This document shows positions 36,427 to 47,059 of a DNA stretch of 64,000 nucleotides, piece by piece. Below the pieces are notes generated by a model. The model was given only the letters and a program-made list of their open reading frames with translations, made no database searches and had not been told where the DNA came from. The stretch comes from an uncultured Bacteroidales bacterium. Its GTDB lineage: Bacteria > Bacteroidota > Bacteroidia > Bacteroidales > GCA-2748055. The position numbers were made by a program, and so were the translations under genes. Location: positions 1,658,910 to 1,722,909 of the forward strand of contig CAVVVN010000003.1 of assembly GCA_963751705.1 (NCBI GenBank), given 5' to 3'. The number at the start of each line of letters is the position of its first letter. The first letter of the stretch is position 1.

Positions 36427-39400
36427 ATGAAACGACTTGTTTTATTTACAGCACTTACAACAGTTTTTATTTATTGTTCGGGTCAAATACCTCCAGCATC
36501 TGACGGGAAATATGCATTAAAAGAAAATCTTGTCAGCCAGCCCGATAACAATCTGGCTTATCCTTCGCAAGAATCAGCAAATAGAATACTGGAAAGTTTT
36601 AAAAAGCCTCCCCATGGCTATGGAGAGGTTCCTTTTTATTGGTGGACAGGTGGAGAGGAACTTACCAGGGAACGGTTGCTCTGGCAATTGGACCAGTTAA
36701 GCAAGGCACCGGTGCTGGGGCTGAATATCAGCTATAATCATACCCATAAAATTACAGACTCCACTGCCAATAAAGGCAGGGATGTATTGTTTGGAGTAGC
36801 GGAACCCAGTGATCCGGAATTTATGACCGCTGAATGGTGGGAACTTTGGAATTGGTTTTCGGAGGAACTTGGCAAACGGAATATGGGTCTGGGCCTCGAT
36901 GATTATGTGGTTGGCCATAAAGGAGCCGGATACTGGGCAGACCGGGTGGATCAAGAATTGCTGGCCGAAAATTATCAGGGGAAATTAATTGTACATGAAC
37001 CTGTAAGGATTAAAGGAGGAGCTATTTTCACTAAAAAAATATCCGGGACAACGATTACCGTAATGGCCTATCCGAAAATCAACGGAGCTTACGATTATAA
37101 CAGAGCCATTGATCTTTTGGAATCAGCCGAAAACCATAACATAAACTGGTTGGCCCCTGAGGGTTCTGACTGGGAAATAATACGCATAGAAACCACGAAA
37201 GGATACATGATCCATCCGGAACACGGGAATACCCTTATAAAGTATTATTACCAGGTATTTGAGGATCAGTTATCGCCGGAAGCAAGAAAAGGCATGAATT
37301 TTTTCTTTCAGGATGAACTGAAAGTGGATATTGACAATCAGGTATGGTCTGAAGATTTTGCTTCTGTTTTTCAGGATAAAAAGGGATACGATATCCGGCC
37401 TTTTTTACCTGCATTGTATTACGAAATTGGAGAAATAACTCCAAAAATAAGGCTCGACTACAATGATGTAATGATCGAACTGGCTGAGAAGAGATATTTC
37501 AAACCAATTTTTGAGTGGCATTGGAAAAGAGGATTAATCTTTGGCTGCGATAATTGGGGAAGAGGGTTAGAACCGGAACGTTACGGCGACTATTTCCGGG
37601 CAACCCGCTGGTTCAGTGCCCCCGGAAATGATGCTCCCAGGAGAGGATATTCCTTTATTCAAACAAAAGTATCAAGTTCTGTGGCTCATCTTTACAAACG
37701 GCCAAGAGTCTGGTTAGAAGCCTATCATAGTATGGGTTGGAATGCCCAACCCTCGCAAATTCATTTTTCTACCAATAAGCATTACCAGTTCGGTGCGAAC
37801 CTGCTGTGCCTGCATGGGCTGTATTATTCCACTCATGGCGGCTGGTGGGAATGGGCCCCGCCCGATTTTCATTTCAGGATGCCCTACTGGCCTCATTTTA
37901 AGAACTGGTTAAAATCAGCGGAAAGGCTCAGTTACCTCTTAAGTCAGGGCACGCATGTTTGCGATGTGGCCATCATGTATCCGGTGGCACCGCTTCAGGC
38001 AAACAACGGAGGGGACAAAACAGTAGCTTTCCAAACGGGTGAAATCTTATTTAACTCGGGAATGGACTTTGATTTCATTGATTTTCAATCCTTAAACCGG
38101 GCAGAAATAAGCAATAATAGATTTTCTGTATCCGATGAAAATTATCAGGTACTGGTACTGGCCGATATGTCGGCCATACATTTTTCTTCGCTCCAGAAAG
38201 CCCTGGAAATTTTCTCTAAGGGAGGAACAGTTATCGGAGTGGGCAAATTACCTCTTGCCAGCGATAGAGCAGGGGCCAAGGATAGGGAGATTGACAACAT
38301 ATTACAGACCATTTTCGGACATTCAGCACTTGAAGCCACAAATCTTACGCAGCCATACCTTCATGAAAAAGAAGGTGTTGGAATTTATTTCCCCGCTGCC
38401 GGTGAAAACATGGCTGAAGTGATATCCCCATATATACACCGGGACTTCTACCCCAAAAATGGCAAGGGTAGCGTATTGCACCGGAAAATTGGGGATAAAG
38501 ATCTATATATGGTGATGGATGTGCCCAAAGGAAGTACATGTTTCTTCAGGACAAAAGGAAAGCCCTCCTTGCTAAACACCGAAACCGGGGAATATAAACA
38601 TATGGATATTGTTGAACAGACAAACGATGGAACATTCTTACGTTTACCACTTGGAATCGATGAAGCCAATCTAATCTTATTTACACCGGGTGAAGCGACG
38701 GTGGGAAAAGATAATACTGGTTCGGAAAAATATTCGGAACAAATTCTTGATGGATCCTGGGAGTCGGAATTTGTGCCCACCCTGGATAACCGCTGGGGAG
38801 ATTATCGAAACCCCGCCAGCGATGATACCATCGGGATTGAAGCAAGACAATTTAAGTATAAAATTACTGATGCCTTTAATGCTGATCTTATAACCGGGGA
38901 TAATAAAAGCTGGAAAGAAATTACCTGTTCCTACGGCCCAAAATTCTGGAAACTCCATTGCAAGGATGAAGATTCAAAGGCGCTTCTGAAGCAGATAAGA
39001 AAAAATAAAGCGCAAACATGGGAAAGCTATGATTATTCCTGGCGCACCGGAGTGGAGGACAACCCGGGATCCCAGGGCTACCATGGTTTAAAATACAAGG
39101 TCAGTGATGATTTTCTGTTGATGCCCGAAGAAGGCTCTTATTTTTTTAAAACGTATTTAAACAGTGATAAGAAAACTAAAGTAGATATTGAAATCTCAGG
39201 CAAAAAGCCGGATGTCCTATTCATAAACGGGAAAAAAATAAAATCCGGCACTACCTCACTAAAAAAGGGAAGCAATCCTGTGATTTTACTTTATACCGGA
39301 GTAGAAGAAAAGACATATAGCAACCATTGGGAAACGGTGGATCTAAGAGAAAGAAGCGCTGTACTATTTAAAAAAACGGGCAGCATCTTAAAACCAGCTG

Positions 39401-40104
39401 AATCCCTTTCAATGAAATGGTTCGGGCAGGAGAGTATCCTGGACTATGATGTCTATGGAAACAAGAGAAAAATTGGCTATTACAGGTTTATAGCTCCTCC
39501 GGGATTGCAAAAAATACAATTTGATGTTTACGGAACGGTCAAGGTATACCAGGATGGAAAAGAAATAAAGGCTGAAAAGAGTAAACCCTTAAACGAAAAG
39601 GGCCTAAGATCTTATGAGCTGGCAATAAATGAAGTAAAAGAAGATTTTTCTGATATCTGTTTCGAAACAGAACATGTGGCAGGCTTCTATGGGGGGAGTG
39701 CCTTTCCTGAACCGGTTGCACTAGAATGTAAAAAAGGAAGAATTAATACAGGCGACTGGTCGGAAATGGGAGTGCTGAAAGCTTATTCCGGGGGACTGTG
39801 GTACAGGAAAAATGTAAAACTAAGCGAAGAGGAGCTTTCCGGTACTATTTTACTGGATCTGGGAGAGGTGGCTGCTTCAGCCGAAATACATATCAATGGG
39901 AAGAAAGCGGGGATTTGCCTGAGGAAACCATTCCGTTTAGATATCACGGAGTTTGTTAAAGAAGGAGATAACTATTTTGAAATATTGGTTTACAGCACGC
40001 TGGTTAATCACTATTCAACCATACCCACTCCTCCGATCTATAGACAATCTTATGAAGCAGGGCTAATTGGTCCGGTTAAGCTCTTGTGGAAGGAGGATCA
40101 TTAG
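36427..40104 (+). CDS. exported glycoside hydrolase, distant GH106-like paralogue
   Basis: 1225 aa. N-terminal FKKPP.GYGEVPFYWWTGGEELTRERLLWQLDQL. C-terminal GLWYRK...LDLGEV.ASAEIHINGKKAG.....PFRLDIT.FV.EG.NYFEILVYST. Lower GC than its upstream neighbour. Confidence 0.45.
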   Translation: MKRLVLFTALTTVFIYCSGQIPPASDGKYALKENLVSQPDNNLAYPSQESANRILESFKKPPHGYGEVPFYWWTGGEELTRERLLWQLDQLSKAPVLGLNISYNHTHKITDSTANKGRDVLFGVAEPSDPEFMTAEWWELWNWFSEELGKRNMGLGLDDYVVGHKGAGYWADRVDQELLAENYQGKLIVHEPVRIKGGAIFTKKISGTTITVMAYPKINGAYDYNRAIDLLESAENHNINWLAPEGSDWEIIRIETTKGYMIHPEHGNTLIKYYYQVFEDQLSPEARKGMNFFFQDELKVDIDNQVWSEDFASVFQDKKGYDIRPFLPALYYEIGEITPKIRLDYNDVMIELAEKRYFKPIFEWHWKRGLIFGCDNWGRGLEPERYGDYFRATRWFSAPGNDAPRRGYSFIQTKVSSSVAHLYKRPRVWLEAYHSMGWNAQPSQIHFSTNKHYQFGANLLCLHGLYYSTHGGWWEWAPPDFHFRMPYWPHFKNWLKSAERLSYLLSQGTHVCDVAIMYPVAPLQANNGGDKTVAFQTGEILFNSGMDFDFIDFQSLNRAEISNNRFSVSDENYQVLVLADMSAIHFSSLQKALEIFSKGGTVIGVGKLPLASDRAGAKDREIDNILQTIFGHSALEATNLTQPYLHEKEGVGIYFPAAGENMAEVISPYIHRDFYPKNGKGSVLHRKIGDKDLYMVMDVPKGSTCFFRTKGKPSLLNTETGEYKHMDIVEQTNDGTFLRLPLGIDEANLILFTPGEATVGKDNTGSEKYSEQILDGSWESEFVPTLDNRWGDYRNPASDDTIGIEARQFKYKITDAFNADLITGDNKSWKEITCSYGPKFWKLHCKDEDSKALLKQIRKNKAQTWESYDYSWRTGVEDNPGSQGYHGLKYKVSDDFLLMPEEGSYFFKTYLNSDKKTKVDIEISGKKPDVLFINGKKIKSGTTSLKKGSNPVILLYTGVEEKTYSNHWETVDLRERSAVLFKKTGSILKPAESLSMKWFGQESILDYDVYGNKRKIGYYRFIAPPGLQKIQFDVYGTVKVYQDGKEIKAEKSKPLNEKGLRSYELAINEVKEDFSDICFETEHVAGFYGGSAFPEPVALECKKGRINTGDWSEMGVLKAYSGGLWYRKNVKLSEEELSGTILLDLGEVAASAEIHINGKKAGICLRKPFRLDITEFVKEGDNYFEILVYSTLVNHYSTIPTPPIYRQSYEAGLIGPVKLLWKEDH

Positions 40105-40143
40105 AATTACAGGATAAAGAATAAGAAACTAAATTAGCTTCAA

Positions 40144-42648
40144 ATGAAGAGAAGAGAATTTATAAGAATAGCTACAACGGCCTCTGTAGTTCCTGCAATA
40201 CCCGGCGTAAGATTTTCATCTGTGTCAGGAGAGGATCCAGTTGTATTAAATCAAAAACTGCTATTAAAAGGTAAGGATGATGAACAGGAAGAGTATCCAT
40301 CCCTGGTAACAGGCGGTGATGGTAACATGTGGACTTATGCACTTCGAAGGATTAGCTATCCTGAAAACAGCGAATTGATTTCTGCCTTTCATTATAAGGG
40401 GAAAGATTGGATTGAAACTGAGCCCGTCACAAAAGTTCCCGGCCAGTTTGAAGCACCAGTTGCTGCGTGTGCAACTGGTGGTAAGCCTGTGGTAGCCTGG
40501 ACCGAAATAAAGAATGAAGAATGGGTAATTAATGTGGCACATATGCAGGGAAAAGGATTTAGCGATCCGTTTACATTCCGTGCGAAGTCTGGCCGATTCA
40601 TCAATCCGGTTTTAATTGCTCCCAATAAAAACCAAACCTGGATTGCCTGGGAAAGTCTGCATAACAGAAAATTTACCATTCATGTCAGTAAATATGAGAA
40701 CGGACAGTGGTCTGAACCAATCGTAATTGATAAGGGTGAAAACAGCTGTTGGGAGCCTGCTATGGCTGAAGATAAAAACGGGGATCTTTATGTGGCCTAC
40801 GGCTTAACTCATGGCTATCATCAAAATATAGAGATGGCCATTATTGACGGCCATTCACTAAGTATAAAGAAAACTGTTCCGATTGCCCTTGGCGGCGGTT
40901 TAAAAGACAGGGTGAACCTGAATACGAAACCGGCATTAGCTTTTGATGCTGTTGATCGTTTGTGGATCAGTTATGAAAATAATAGCAATACGCATCGCCT
41001 TGAAGACAGTGATAATTATACCGGCGACCGCTGTTGTGCAATCCTGTCCTATCAGGATGGTAAAGTGGTAGCCCCTGATAAGAAGGGAAAATGGCTGTTT
41101 CAGGGTAAAAACGACCATAAGCCAACTTTTATTAAAGATAACCTGGGGCATTTATACCTGGCTACTTATTGTGGGGGCGATTTTATAGGAAATCCGCACT
41201 GGCAATATCGCTTGTCGTGGCTCGATCCTCAAAAAGGTTGGGCCGAACCTGTTACCATGCTACAAACTTCGCAAAAGGGTGTATTGCTACCTCCTGCCAT
41301 CGCCTTCGATAAAAAGAATAAGCTATGGCTGGCTACCTGCATCGAAGAAATATCGCATAAAAAGAGTGTCACTGATTCTGCTGAAATTGTGAACTCCCGC
41401 TTGACCCAGTTAGCGATACACCAGTTTACCACAAGCGAATTAAGCAAAGAATATGCGACCATCGGTTTTAAAAATGCGGCAGTAAGGGAGTTTCTTCCCG
41501 CTGATGAGACGATATCTCAATTTAGTGGTCATCCGAAAGTTAGCCGTGAGACAATTACGCTTGATGGTGAGACATATTCCCTGGTTTATGGAAACCTGCA
41601 TGAGCATTCCGAAAATTCAGTTTGCTGGCCGGCAGGAAATGATGGCACCCTGCACGATGATTACCGGTTTGGAATGTTCTCGGAAGCCTATGACTTTATT
41701 GGAATGACTGATCATGGGGGTGCTATGACCGAGGTTTACTGGAGGAAAAATTTACGCATAGCCGATTTTTATAATGAGCCGGATCATTTTGTGGCTATTC
41801 CTGCCATGGAATGGACCCTGCAATCAAATAGTAAACTTGATGATATTCAATATGGTGCCGGACACTATAATGTGATTTTTCGATCCGCTGCTGAAGCAAG
41901 AAAGTTTATACGAAATGAACAGGAGATCTATGCAGCATCTTGTCCTGAGACCAACAATGCTGTTATGTTATGGAACTTACTTCGTGAAAAAAATATCGAT
42001 TGTATAAGCATACCGCATCATCCGGCTGACAAAGTGCATCCGGTAGACTGGCATGTGCACGACGAGAAATATGTACCGGTGGTTGAACTGTTTCAGTGCA
42101 GAGGAAATAACGAGTATCCGGGTTGTCCCCGGGAATTTAACCTGGAACGCCACCAAACTACAGAATACAAAAGAGCCTTCGTAGATTATGCTTTGAAGCA
42201 AATGAAATACAAGATGGGTTTTATTGCCAGTGGAGACCACAATAGCATGGGAGTTGGTGTGGCTGCCCTGTGGGTTAAGGAATTAAGCCGCGAAGGAATA
42301 CTGGAAGCTTTACGAAGCAAACGTTGCTTTGCCACTACCGGCGATAAAATCATTGTTGATTTCAGGATAAATGGAGCTATAAGCGGTTCTAGCATCAAAA
42401 TTAGTGGACAGCCTGATCTTCGCTTTAAGGTGAAAGGGCAGCGTGAACTGGAGAAGGTCGAAGTGTTGCGGAATAGTGAGCCTATCAAAACCTATGCTGT
42501 ATCCAATGGTTCAGCTGAATTTTCCGGGAATTTTATTGATGAGAATTATCAGGACGAAGAGGGTGTCTTATATTATTACATCAGGGCAACCCAGAGGAAT
42601 AATGCCATTGCATGGGCTAGCCCTGTCTGGATCGAGCTCAATAGTTGA
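40144..42648 (+). CDS. TAT-exported two-domain protein: N-terminal beta-propeller-like repeats + C-terminal PHP/CehA-McbA-like metallohydrolase domain
   Basis: Leader MKRREFIRIATTASVVPA. Repeated W.AW......W.I.V units in the first 400 aa or so. C-terminal half carries GNLHEHSENS (HxH), GMTDHG, GAGHYNV, SIPHHP and ASGDHNS, typical metal-ligand strands of PHP-like hydrolases. Confidence 0.5.
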   Translation: MKRREFIRIATTASVVPAIPGVRFSSVSGEDPVVLNQKLLLKGKDDEQEEYPSLVTGGDGNMWTYALRRISYPENSELISAFHYKGKDWIETEPVTKVPGQFEAPVAACATGGKPVVAWTEIKNEEWVINVAHMQGKGFSDPFTFRAKSGRFINPVLIAPNKNQTWIAWESLHNRKFTIHVSKYENGQWSEPIVIDKGENSCWEPAMAEDKNGDLYVAYGLTHGYHQNIEMAIIDGHSLSIKKTVPIALGGGLKDRVNLNTKPALAFDAVDRLWISYENNSNTHRLEDSDNYTGDRCCAILSYQDGKVVAPDKKGKWLFQGKNDHKPTFIKDNLGHLYLATYCGGDFIGNPHWQYRLSWLDPQKGWAEPVTMLQTSQKGVLLPPAIAFDKKNKLWLATCIEEISHKKSVTDSAEIVNSRLTQLAIHQFTTSELSKEYATIGFKNAAVREFLPADETISQFSGHPKVSRETITLDGETYSLVYGNLHEHSENSVCWPAGNDGTLHDDYRFGMFSEAYDFIGMTDHGGAMTEVYWRKNLRIADFYNEPDHFVAIPAMEWTLQSNSKLDDIQYGAGHYNVIFRSAAEARKFIRNEQEIYAASCPETNNAVMLWNLLREKNIDCISIPHHPADKVHPVDWHVHDEKYVPVVELFQCRGNNEYPGCPREFNLERHQTTEYKRAFVDYALKQMKYKMGFIASGDHNSMGVGVAALWVKELSREGILEALRSKRCFATTGDKIIVDFRINGAISGSSIKISGQPDLRFKVKGQRELEKVEVLRNSEPIKTYAVSNGSAEFSGNFIDENYQDEEGVLYYYIRATQRNNAIAWASPVWIELNS

Positions 42649-42701
42649 TATTTCAGAAAATGAGATTGAGGTCTGGATTAAAAATCATATGTACTAAAAA
42701 C

Positions 42702-43424
42702 ATGAGCCATTACAGAACTGTACTGTTGTTTATTACTGCCTTTGTATTGTTATCATCTCATCCGAATGACCAAATAAACAAGACGGATTCTTCTTCCTAT
42801 TTAGCCGGTATTAAAAAGGAACTGACAAAAGAATGGCCCGGGAACAGGACCATCAACCTGGTTTTTCACGGTCACTCGGTTCCGGCCGGCTATTTTAAAA
42901 CACCCGTGGTAAATACCTTCGATTCCTACCCCTACCTCTTGCTGAAACAATTAAAGGAACTGTATCCCCATGCGGTGATTAACGTGATTTGCACCGCCAT
43001 CGGTGGTGAGAACTCTTCGGAAGGTGCTAAAAGATTTGATGCGGATGTACTGGTACATAAACCCGATGTGCTCTTTATCGATTATGCCCTGAATGACCGG
43101 GGGATTGGCCTCGAACAGTCCAAAGAGGCCTGGGAGGAGATGATCAGTAAAGCACTAAAAGAGGATATCAAAGTAATTCTTCTTACCCCGTCACCGGATC
43201 AAAGGGTGGATATGCTGGAGCCGGACAATGAATTGGAGCAACATGCGAAACAGATCAAAGATCTGGCAAAGCATTACGGGACCGGACTGGTGAATAGCTA
43301 TGAAGTGTTTAAATACCGGGTTCGAAACGGAGATCACCTTCCAGACTATATGTCACAGGTGAATCACCCCAATAAAAACGGACATCAACTCATTGCCAGT
43401 GAACTGATCCGCTTTTTCAAATAA
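42702..43424 (+). CDS. SGNH/GDSL-type esterase (carbohydrate acetylesterase-like)
   Basis: Block I VFHGHSV (an atypical G-H-S), block II AIGGENS, block III DYALND, block V NHPNKNGH. Leader MSHYRTVLLFITAFVLLSS, taken from the ATG at 42702. Confidence 0.7.
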   Translation: MSHYRTVLLFITAFVLLSSHPNDQINKTDSSSYLAGIKKELTKEWPGNRTINLVFHGHSVPAGYFKTPVVNTFDSYPYLLLKQLKELYPHAVINVICTAIGGENSSEGAKRFDADVLVHKPDVLFIDYALNDRGIGLEQSKEAWEEMISKALKEDIKVILLTPSPDQRVDMLEPDNELEQHAKQIKDLAKHYGTGLVNSYEVFKYRVRNGDHLPDYMSQVNHPNKNGHQLIASELIRFFK

Positions 43425-43433
43425 CAAACTGAA

Positions 43434-45953
43434 ATGAATAACTCAACATTGCCAGGAGTAAGATTCAGCAACCAAATTTTTTTCTCCATACTGCTGATTA
43501 CCTCTGCGACAATATGGAGCTGCAGTAATGAAAGTGAAGTAAAAACTAAAGATACCAGAGAACCCGGGAACCATGCAGGTGGCTATATCTTACCCCCTTC
43601 TCATCTGCTTGACGGCGCGCAACCCGAAGCCAGCTGGATCTGGGATTCGGGAGAAATAAATCCCTACAACTATTATTTGCATGTCAGGAAGTCCTTTGTT
43701 TTAAAAAAGCCACCCATCGAAGCCAGGGCCTTTATATCTGCTTTTGCCTTTGCAGAACTATATATAAATGGAAGCTATGTGGACCGGGTACCCACCAACC
43801 CAGATCCCGAGTACCAGACTTACGAAGAGATTGACCTGGCCCCCTACCTGAGGAAAGGAAAGAACACGATTACAGCGCTTGTTTATAATCCCGGCGTTGG
43901 ATTGCATCACCGGATGGATGCACGGGGTGGATTTTTCTTTCAGGCTGCTATAAGCGACAGGGCAGGAAAAGTTACAAAGGTACACAGTGACAAAAGCTGG
44001 CATGTGGCTCAGGCTGCTGCCTGGGATACAAGTACAAAAAAGCGTCAGAACGATTTTACCATTGGGATGAGGGAACGCTACGATGCACGCCTCGCATATG
44101 TGGACTGGCAGGAGCCTTCATTTGATGATTCAGACTGGGAATCAGCCAGAGAGATCGGCGTGCCTCCCATAGAGCCCTGGAACCAGATAGTGGTAGTCAA
44201 AAGAGAACGGCTATTTTATGAAACCCTGAAACCCCTTTCCAAGTGGAATGCAAAAGGATATAAAGTGTATGACTTTGGCAGGGAAATAACAGCTTTCCCT
44301 AGTTTTTCTCTTACTTCTGCTCAAGCGGGTGTGGAAATCATTCTTGGAACCGGAGAAAGACTGGATAATGACAGTGTTCCATTAATGACAGATAATGTGA
44401 ATTATACCGATACCTACATCACCAGAGAGGGCTCTCAAAGCTGGCACCCTCTTACCTGGCGTGGATTCAGGTACCTGGCTATCAAAGGAAGTACCGATAT
44501 TTCCATTGATAATGTCAGTGCAGAATTCAGATCCTTTCCTGTACAAAGAACGGGTAGTTTCACCTGCTCGGATGAGGAGCTGAACCAGATCTGGGAAATC
44601 GGCCGCTGGACCCTGCAGATCTGTGCCCACGATACGTGGATGGATACTCCCTGGCGCGAACAGACACAATATATTTCAGGGGATAGCAGGTATAATATCC
44701 GGTATTCTGCCTATGCATTCGCACCCAACATCAAGTTGTTGCATGATTACAATATTCTCAGCGGGGCCTTTTCCCAGCGTCATTCTGAAGAAGGTGCCAT
44801 ACGCTCACGCTATCCGACAGGGGCCCACCTTGGCCCTACCACTTCCACCTATATTCCGGACTATCAGCTGGAATGGATCCTGATGCTCCACGAATATTAT
44901 ATGTACTACCAAGACGCTGACCTGGTTAAACAGGTGTATCCAAATCTAAAGAAGTTATTGCAGTATTTCGAGGGCTATGAATCAGCAGATAGAGGGCTCG
45001 TTGGTAAAGTGCCCGGCTGGGTGGTGCTGGATCACCCCGATACATATAAACAGGATGTGGATGGTGAAAACACGGCTGTAAACTGCCTCTATTATGGCGC
45101 CCTGAATTCTGCCGCATGGTTGGCCCGAAACATTATGGAAGATACCCGAAAGGCATCAGAATGGGAGCAAAAGGCAAAGGCAGTGAAAAATGCCATTCAG
45201 ACATATTTATGGTCGGATAAAGACAATGCTTATAAGGATGGTTATGAAAGCTCCCGTATCACCCAGCAGACACAGGTGTATGCCTTAAAATATGGACTTG
45301 TTCCAAAAAGCAGTAAAGCGGCGGTAATAGAATTTGCAACAGGTCAGGGACGCTCCTGCGAGCAATCTTTCTCTTACTGGCTGCTTCACACCCTGTTTAC
45401 GGAAGGCGAAGGGCAATGGGCGCTTGACTATATCCGCACCTACTGGGGAAAGCAAATGAACAAAGAGGACTTTAATGGTGCCTGGTACGAAATGTGGGAG
45501 TCTCCACGGGGAATGTCGAAATCTCATGCCTGGTGCTCCGGACCTACAGCTCTGCTGCCGGAGATCGTGCTGGGCGTGGAGCCAATTCAGCCCGGCTGGA
45601 AAAAGTTCAAAATTCAACCTCGCCTGTACGATTTAGAATGGGCTGAAGGAGTAATTCCATCTGTAGCGGGGAATATAAGCGTGAAATTGAAAAAGCTTAC
45701 AAAAGGAGACACAGAAACAGGCGTGCAGATTGAAGCAGTGGTGCCCGAAAATACAGCTGCACAGATTTATATCCCGGTTCAGCGCGGTGAACATCTTGCC
45801 ATTTATGTGAATGATAAGCTTATCTGGGATGATGGAAAGTTCATTGGTGAAAGCGATAAGATCATATTCAATTCAGAATCGGACCAGTTCATTGTATTTG
45901 AATTTCAAACAGGTATCTATGTGATTAACACGGTCCATAATTTGAAAAAATGA
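43434..45953 (+). CDS. GH78-related alpha-L-rhamnosidase-like (alpha/alpha)6 glycosidase
   Basis: 839 aa. N-terminal SWIWDS...YYLHVRKSF.L......A...ISA...AELYINGSYV. Catalytic-domain patterns CAHDTWMDTPWREQTQYISGDSRY and SHAWCSGPT. Confidence 0.6.
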   Translation: MNNSTLPGVRFSNQIFFSILLITSATIWSCSNESEVKTKDTREPGNHAGGYILPPSHLLDGAQPEASWIWDSGEINPYNYYLHVRKSFVLKKPPIEARAFISAFAFAELYINGSYVDRVPTNPDPEYQTYEEIDLAPYLRKGKNTITALVYNPGVGLHHRMDARGGFFFQAAISDRAGKVTKVHSDKSWHVAQAAAWDTSTKKRQNDFTIGMRERYDARLAYVDWQEPSFDDSDWESAREIGVPPIEPWNQIVVVKRERLFYETLKPLSKWNAKGYKVYDFGREITAFPSFSLTSAQAGVEIILGTGERLDNDSVPLMTDNVNYTDTYITREGSQSWHPLTWRGFRYLAIKGSTDISIDNVSAEFRSFPVQRTGSFTCSDEELNQIWEIGRWTLQICAHDTWMDTPWREQTQYISGDSRYNIRYSAYAFAPNIKLLHDYNILSGAFSQRHSEEGAIRSRYPTGAHLGPTTSTYIPDYQLEWILMLHEYYMYYQDADLVKQVYPNLKKLLQYFEGYESADRGLVGKVPGWVVLDHPDTYKQDVDGENTAVNCLYYGALNSAAWLARNIMEDTRKASEWEQKAKAVKNAIQTYLWSDKDNAYKDGYESSRITQQTQVYALKYGLVPKSSKAAVIEFATGQGRSCEQSFSYWLLHTLFTEGEGQWALDYIRTYWGKQMNKEDFNGAWYEMWESPRGMSKSHAWCSGPTALLPEIVLGVEPIQPGWKKFKIQPRLYDLEWAEGVIPSVAGNISVKLKKLTKGDTETGVQIEAVVPENTAAQIYIPVQRGEHLAIYVNDKLIWDDGKFIGESDKIIFNSESDQFIVFEFQTGIYVINTVHNLKK

Positions 45954-47053
45954 GAAAACCAATCGTATTTATAATTGTAACAATCCTGAGTCTGCAGCTC
46001 AACTCCTGTAAGAAAGACGAACCCTATATGCAATATGCTAATGCCACTATTCAGACTCTGCAAAAGTGGTATAATCCGGAGACAGGTTTATATGAAACCA
46101 CAAGTTGGTGGAATGCAGCCAATGCACTCACGGCGCTTATTGATTATTCCAGGATAACAGGTTCTAAGGAGTACCTGGATGTGGTGGATAATACCTTTGA
46201 GATTTGTAAGGAGTTTGAAGTACAGATGCCTGATCCTAAAGATAATTGGATATGTCGAAATTATATCAATGATTATTATGATGATGAAGGCTGGTGGGTA
46301 TTGGCCTGGATCGAAGCGTATGAACTTACCTTAGATGACAAGTACCTTAAAATGGCACGCATCACTTTTGCTGATATGGCTACAGGTTGGGATGAGGTTT
46401 GCGGGGGTGGTATCTACTGGAAAAAACCAAAGATAGGCAAATCGGCAGTTCAAAATGAACTTTTTATGTTGAGTGCAATACGCTTGCATCAAAGAGGGGG
46501 AGGCGAGACTCTTGGCAAAAGCTACCTGGAGTGGGCAGAAGATACCTGGGAATGGTTTATGAATACGGGGATGCTAAATGAAAAATATCTTGTGGAGAAC
46601 GGTTTAAATAAGCAATGTGAAGTAAGCGTGGGAAGTTACTACACCTATAATCAGGGCATGATCCTGAGTGCATTGGTGGAACTCTATAAGGAGAAACAGG
46701 AGGAGTCACTGCTGGATTTAGCCCATAAAATTGCCCATGCGACAATTACCCACCTGGTCTATGAAAATGGAATACTGAAAGATCCCAAAGAACCAGATCT
46801 CAATGGTGACGCGACTCAGTTCAAGGGCATATTCATGCGGCATCTGGGCAAGCTCTATTCTGCGTCACCGAGAGAGGAGTACAGAACTTTTATCCTGAAA
46901 AATGCGGATTCTATCTGGTCTGTTGCCAGAGATCAATCGAATAATGAAATTGGCAGTGTTTGGAATGCACCGCCGCAAAAAACCGACGCATCATGCCAGA
47001 GTTCAGCACTGGATGCTTTTAATGCCGCAATGATTGTTAATAGTAAAAATTAA
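45950..47053 (+). CDS. GH76-family (alpha-1,6-mannanase-like) glycoside hydrolase, lipoprotein
   Basis: Lipobox QLNSC. WYNPETGLY....WWNAANALTALIDY, DDEGWWVLAWIEAYELT, CGGGIYW. The start overlaps the upstream stop (ATGA). Confidence 0.7.
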   Translation: MRKPIVFIIVTILSLQLNSCKKDEPYMQYANATIQTLQKWYNPETGLYETTSWWNAANALTALIDYSRITGSKEYLDVVDNTFEICKEFEVQMPDPKDNWICRNYINDYYDDEGWWVLAWIEAYELTLDDKYLKMARITFADMATGWDEVCGGGIYWKKPKIGKSAVQNELFMLSAIRLHQRGGGETLGKSYLEWAEDTWEWFMNTGMLNEKYLVENGLNKQCEVSVGSYYTYNQGMILSALVELYKEKQEESLLDLAHKIAHATITHLVYENGILKDPKEPDLNGDATQFKGIFMRHLGKLYSASPREEYRTFILKNADSIWSVARDQSNNEIGSVWNAPPQKTDASCQSSALDAFNAAMIVNSKN

Positions 47054-47059
47054 GGGGAA

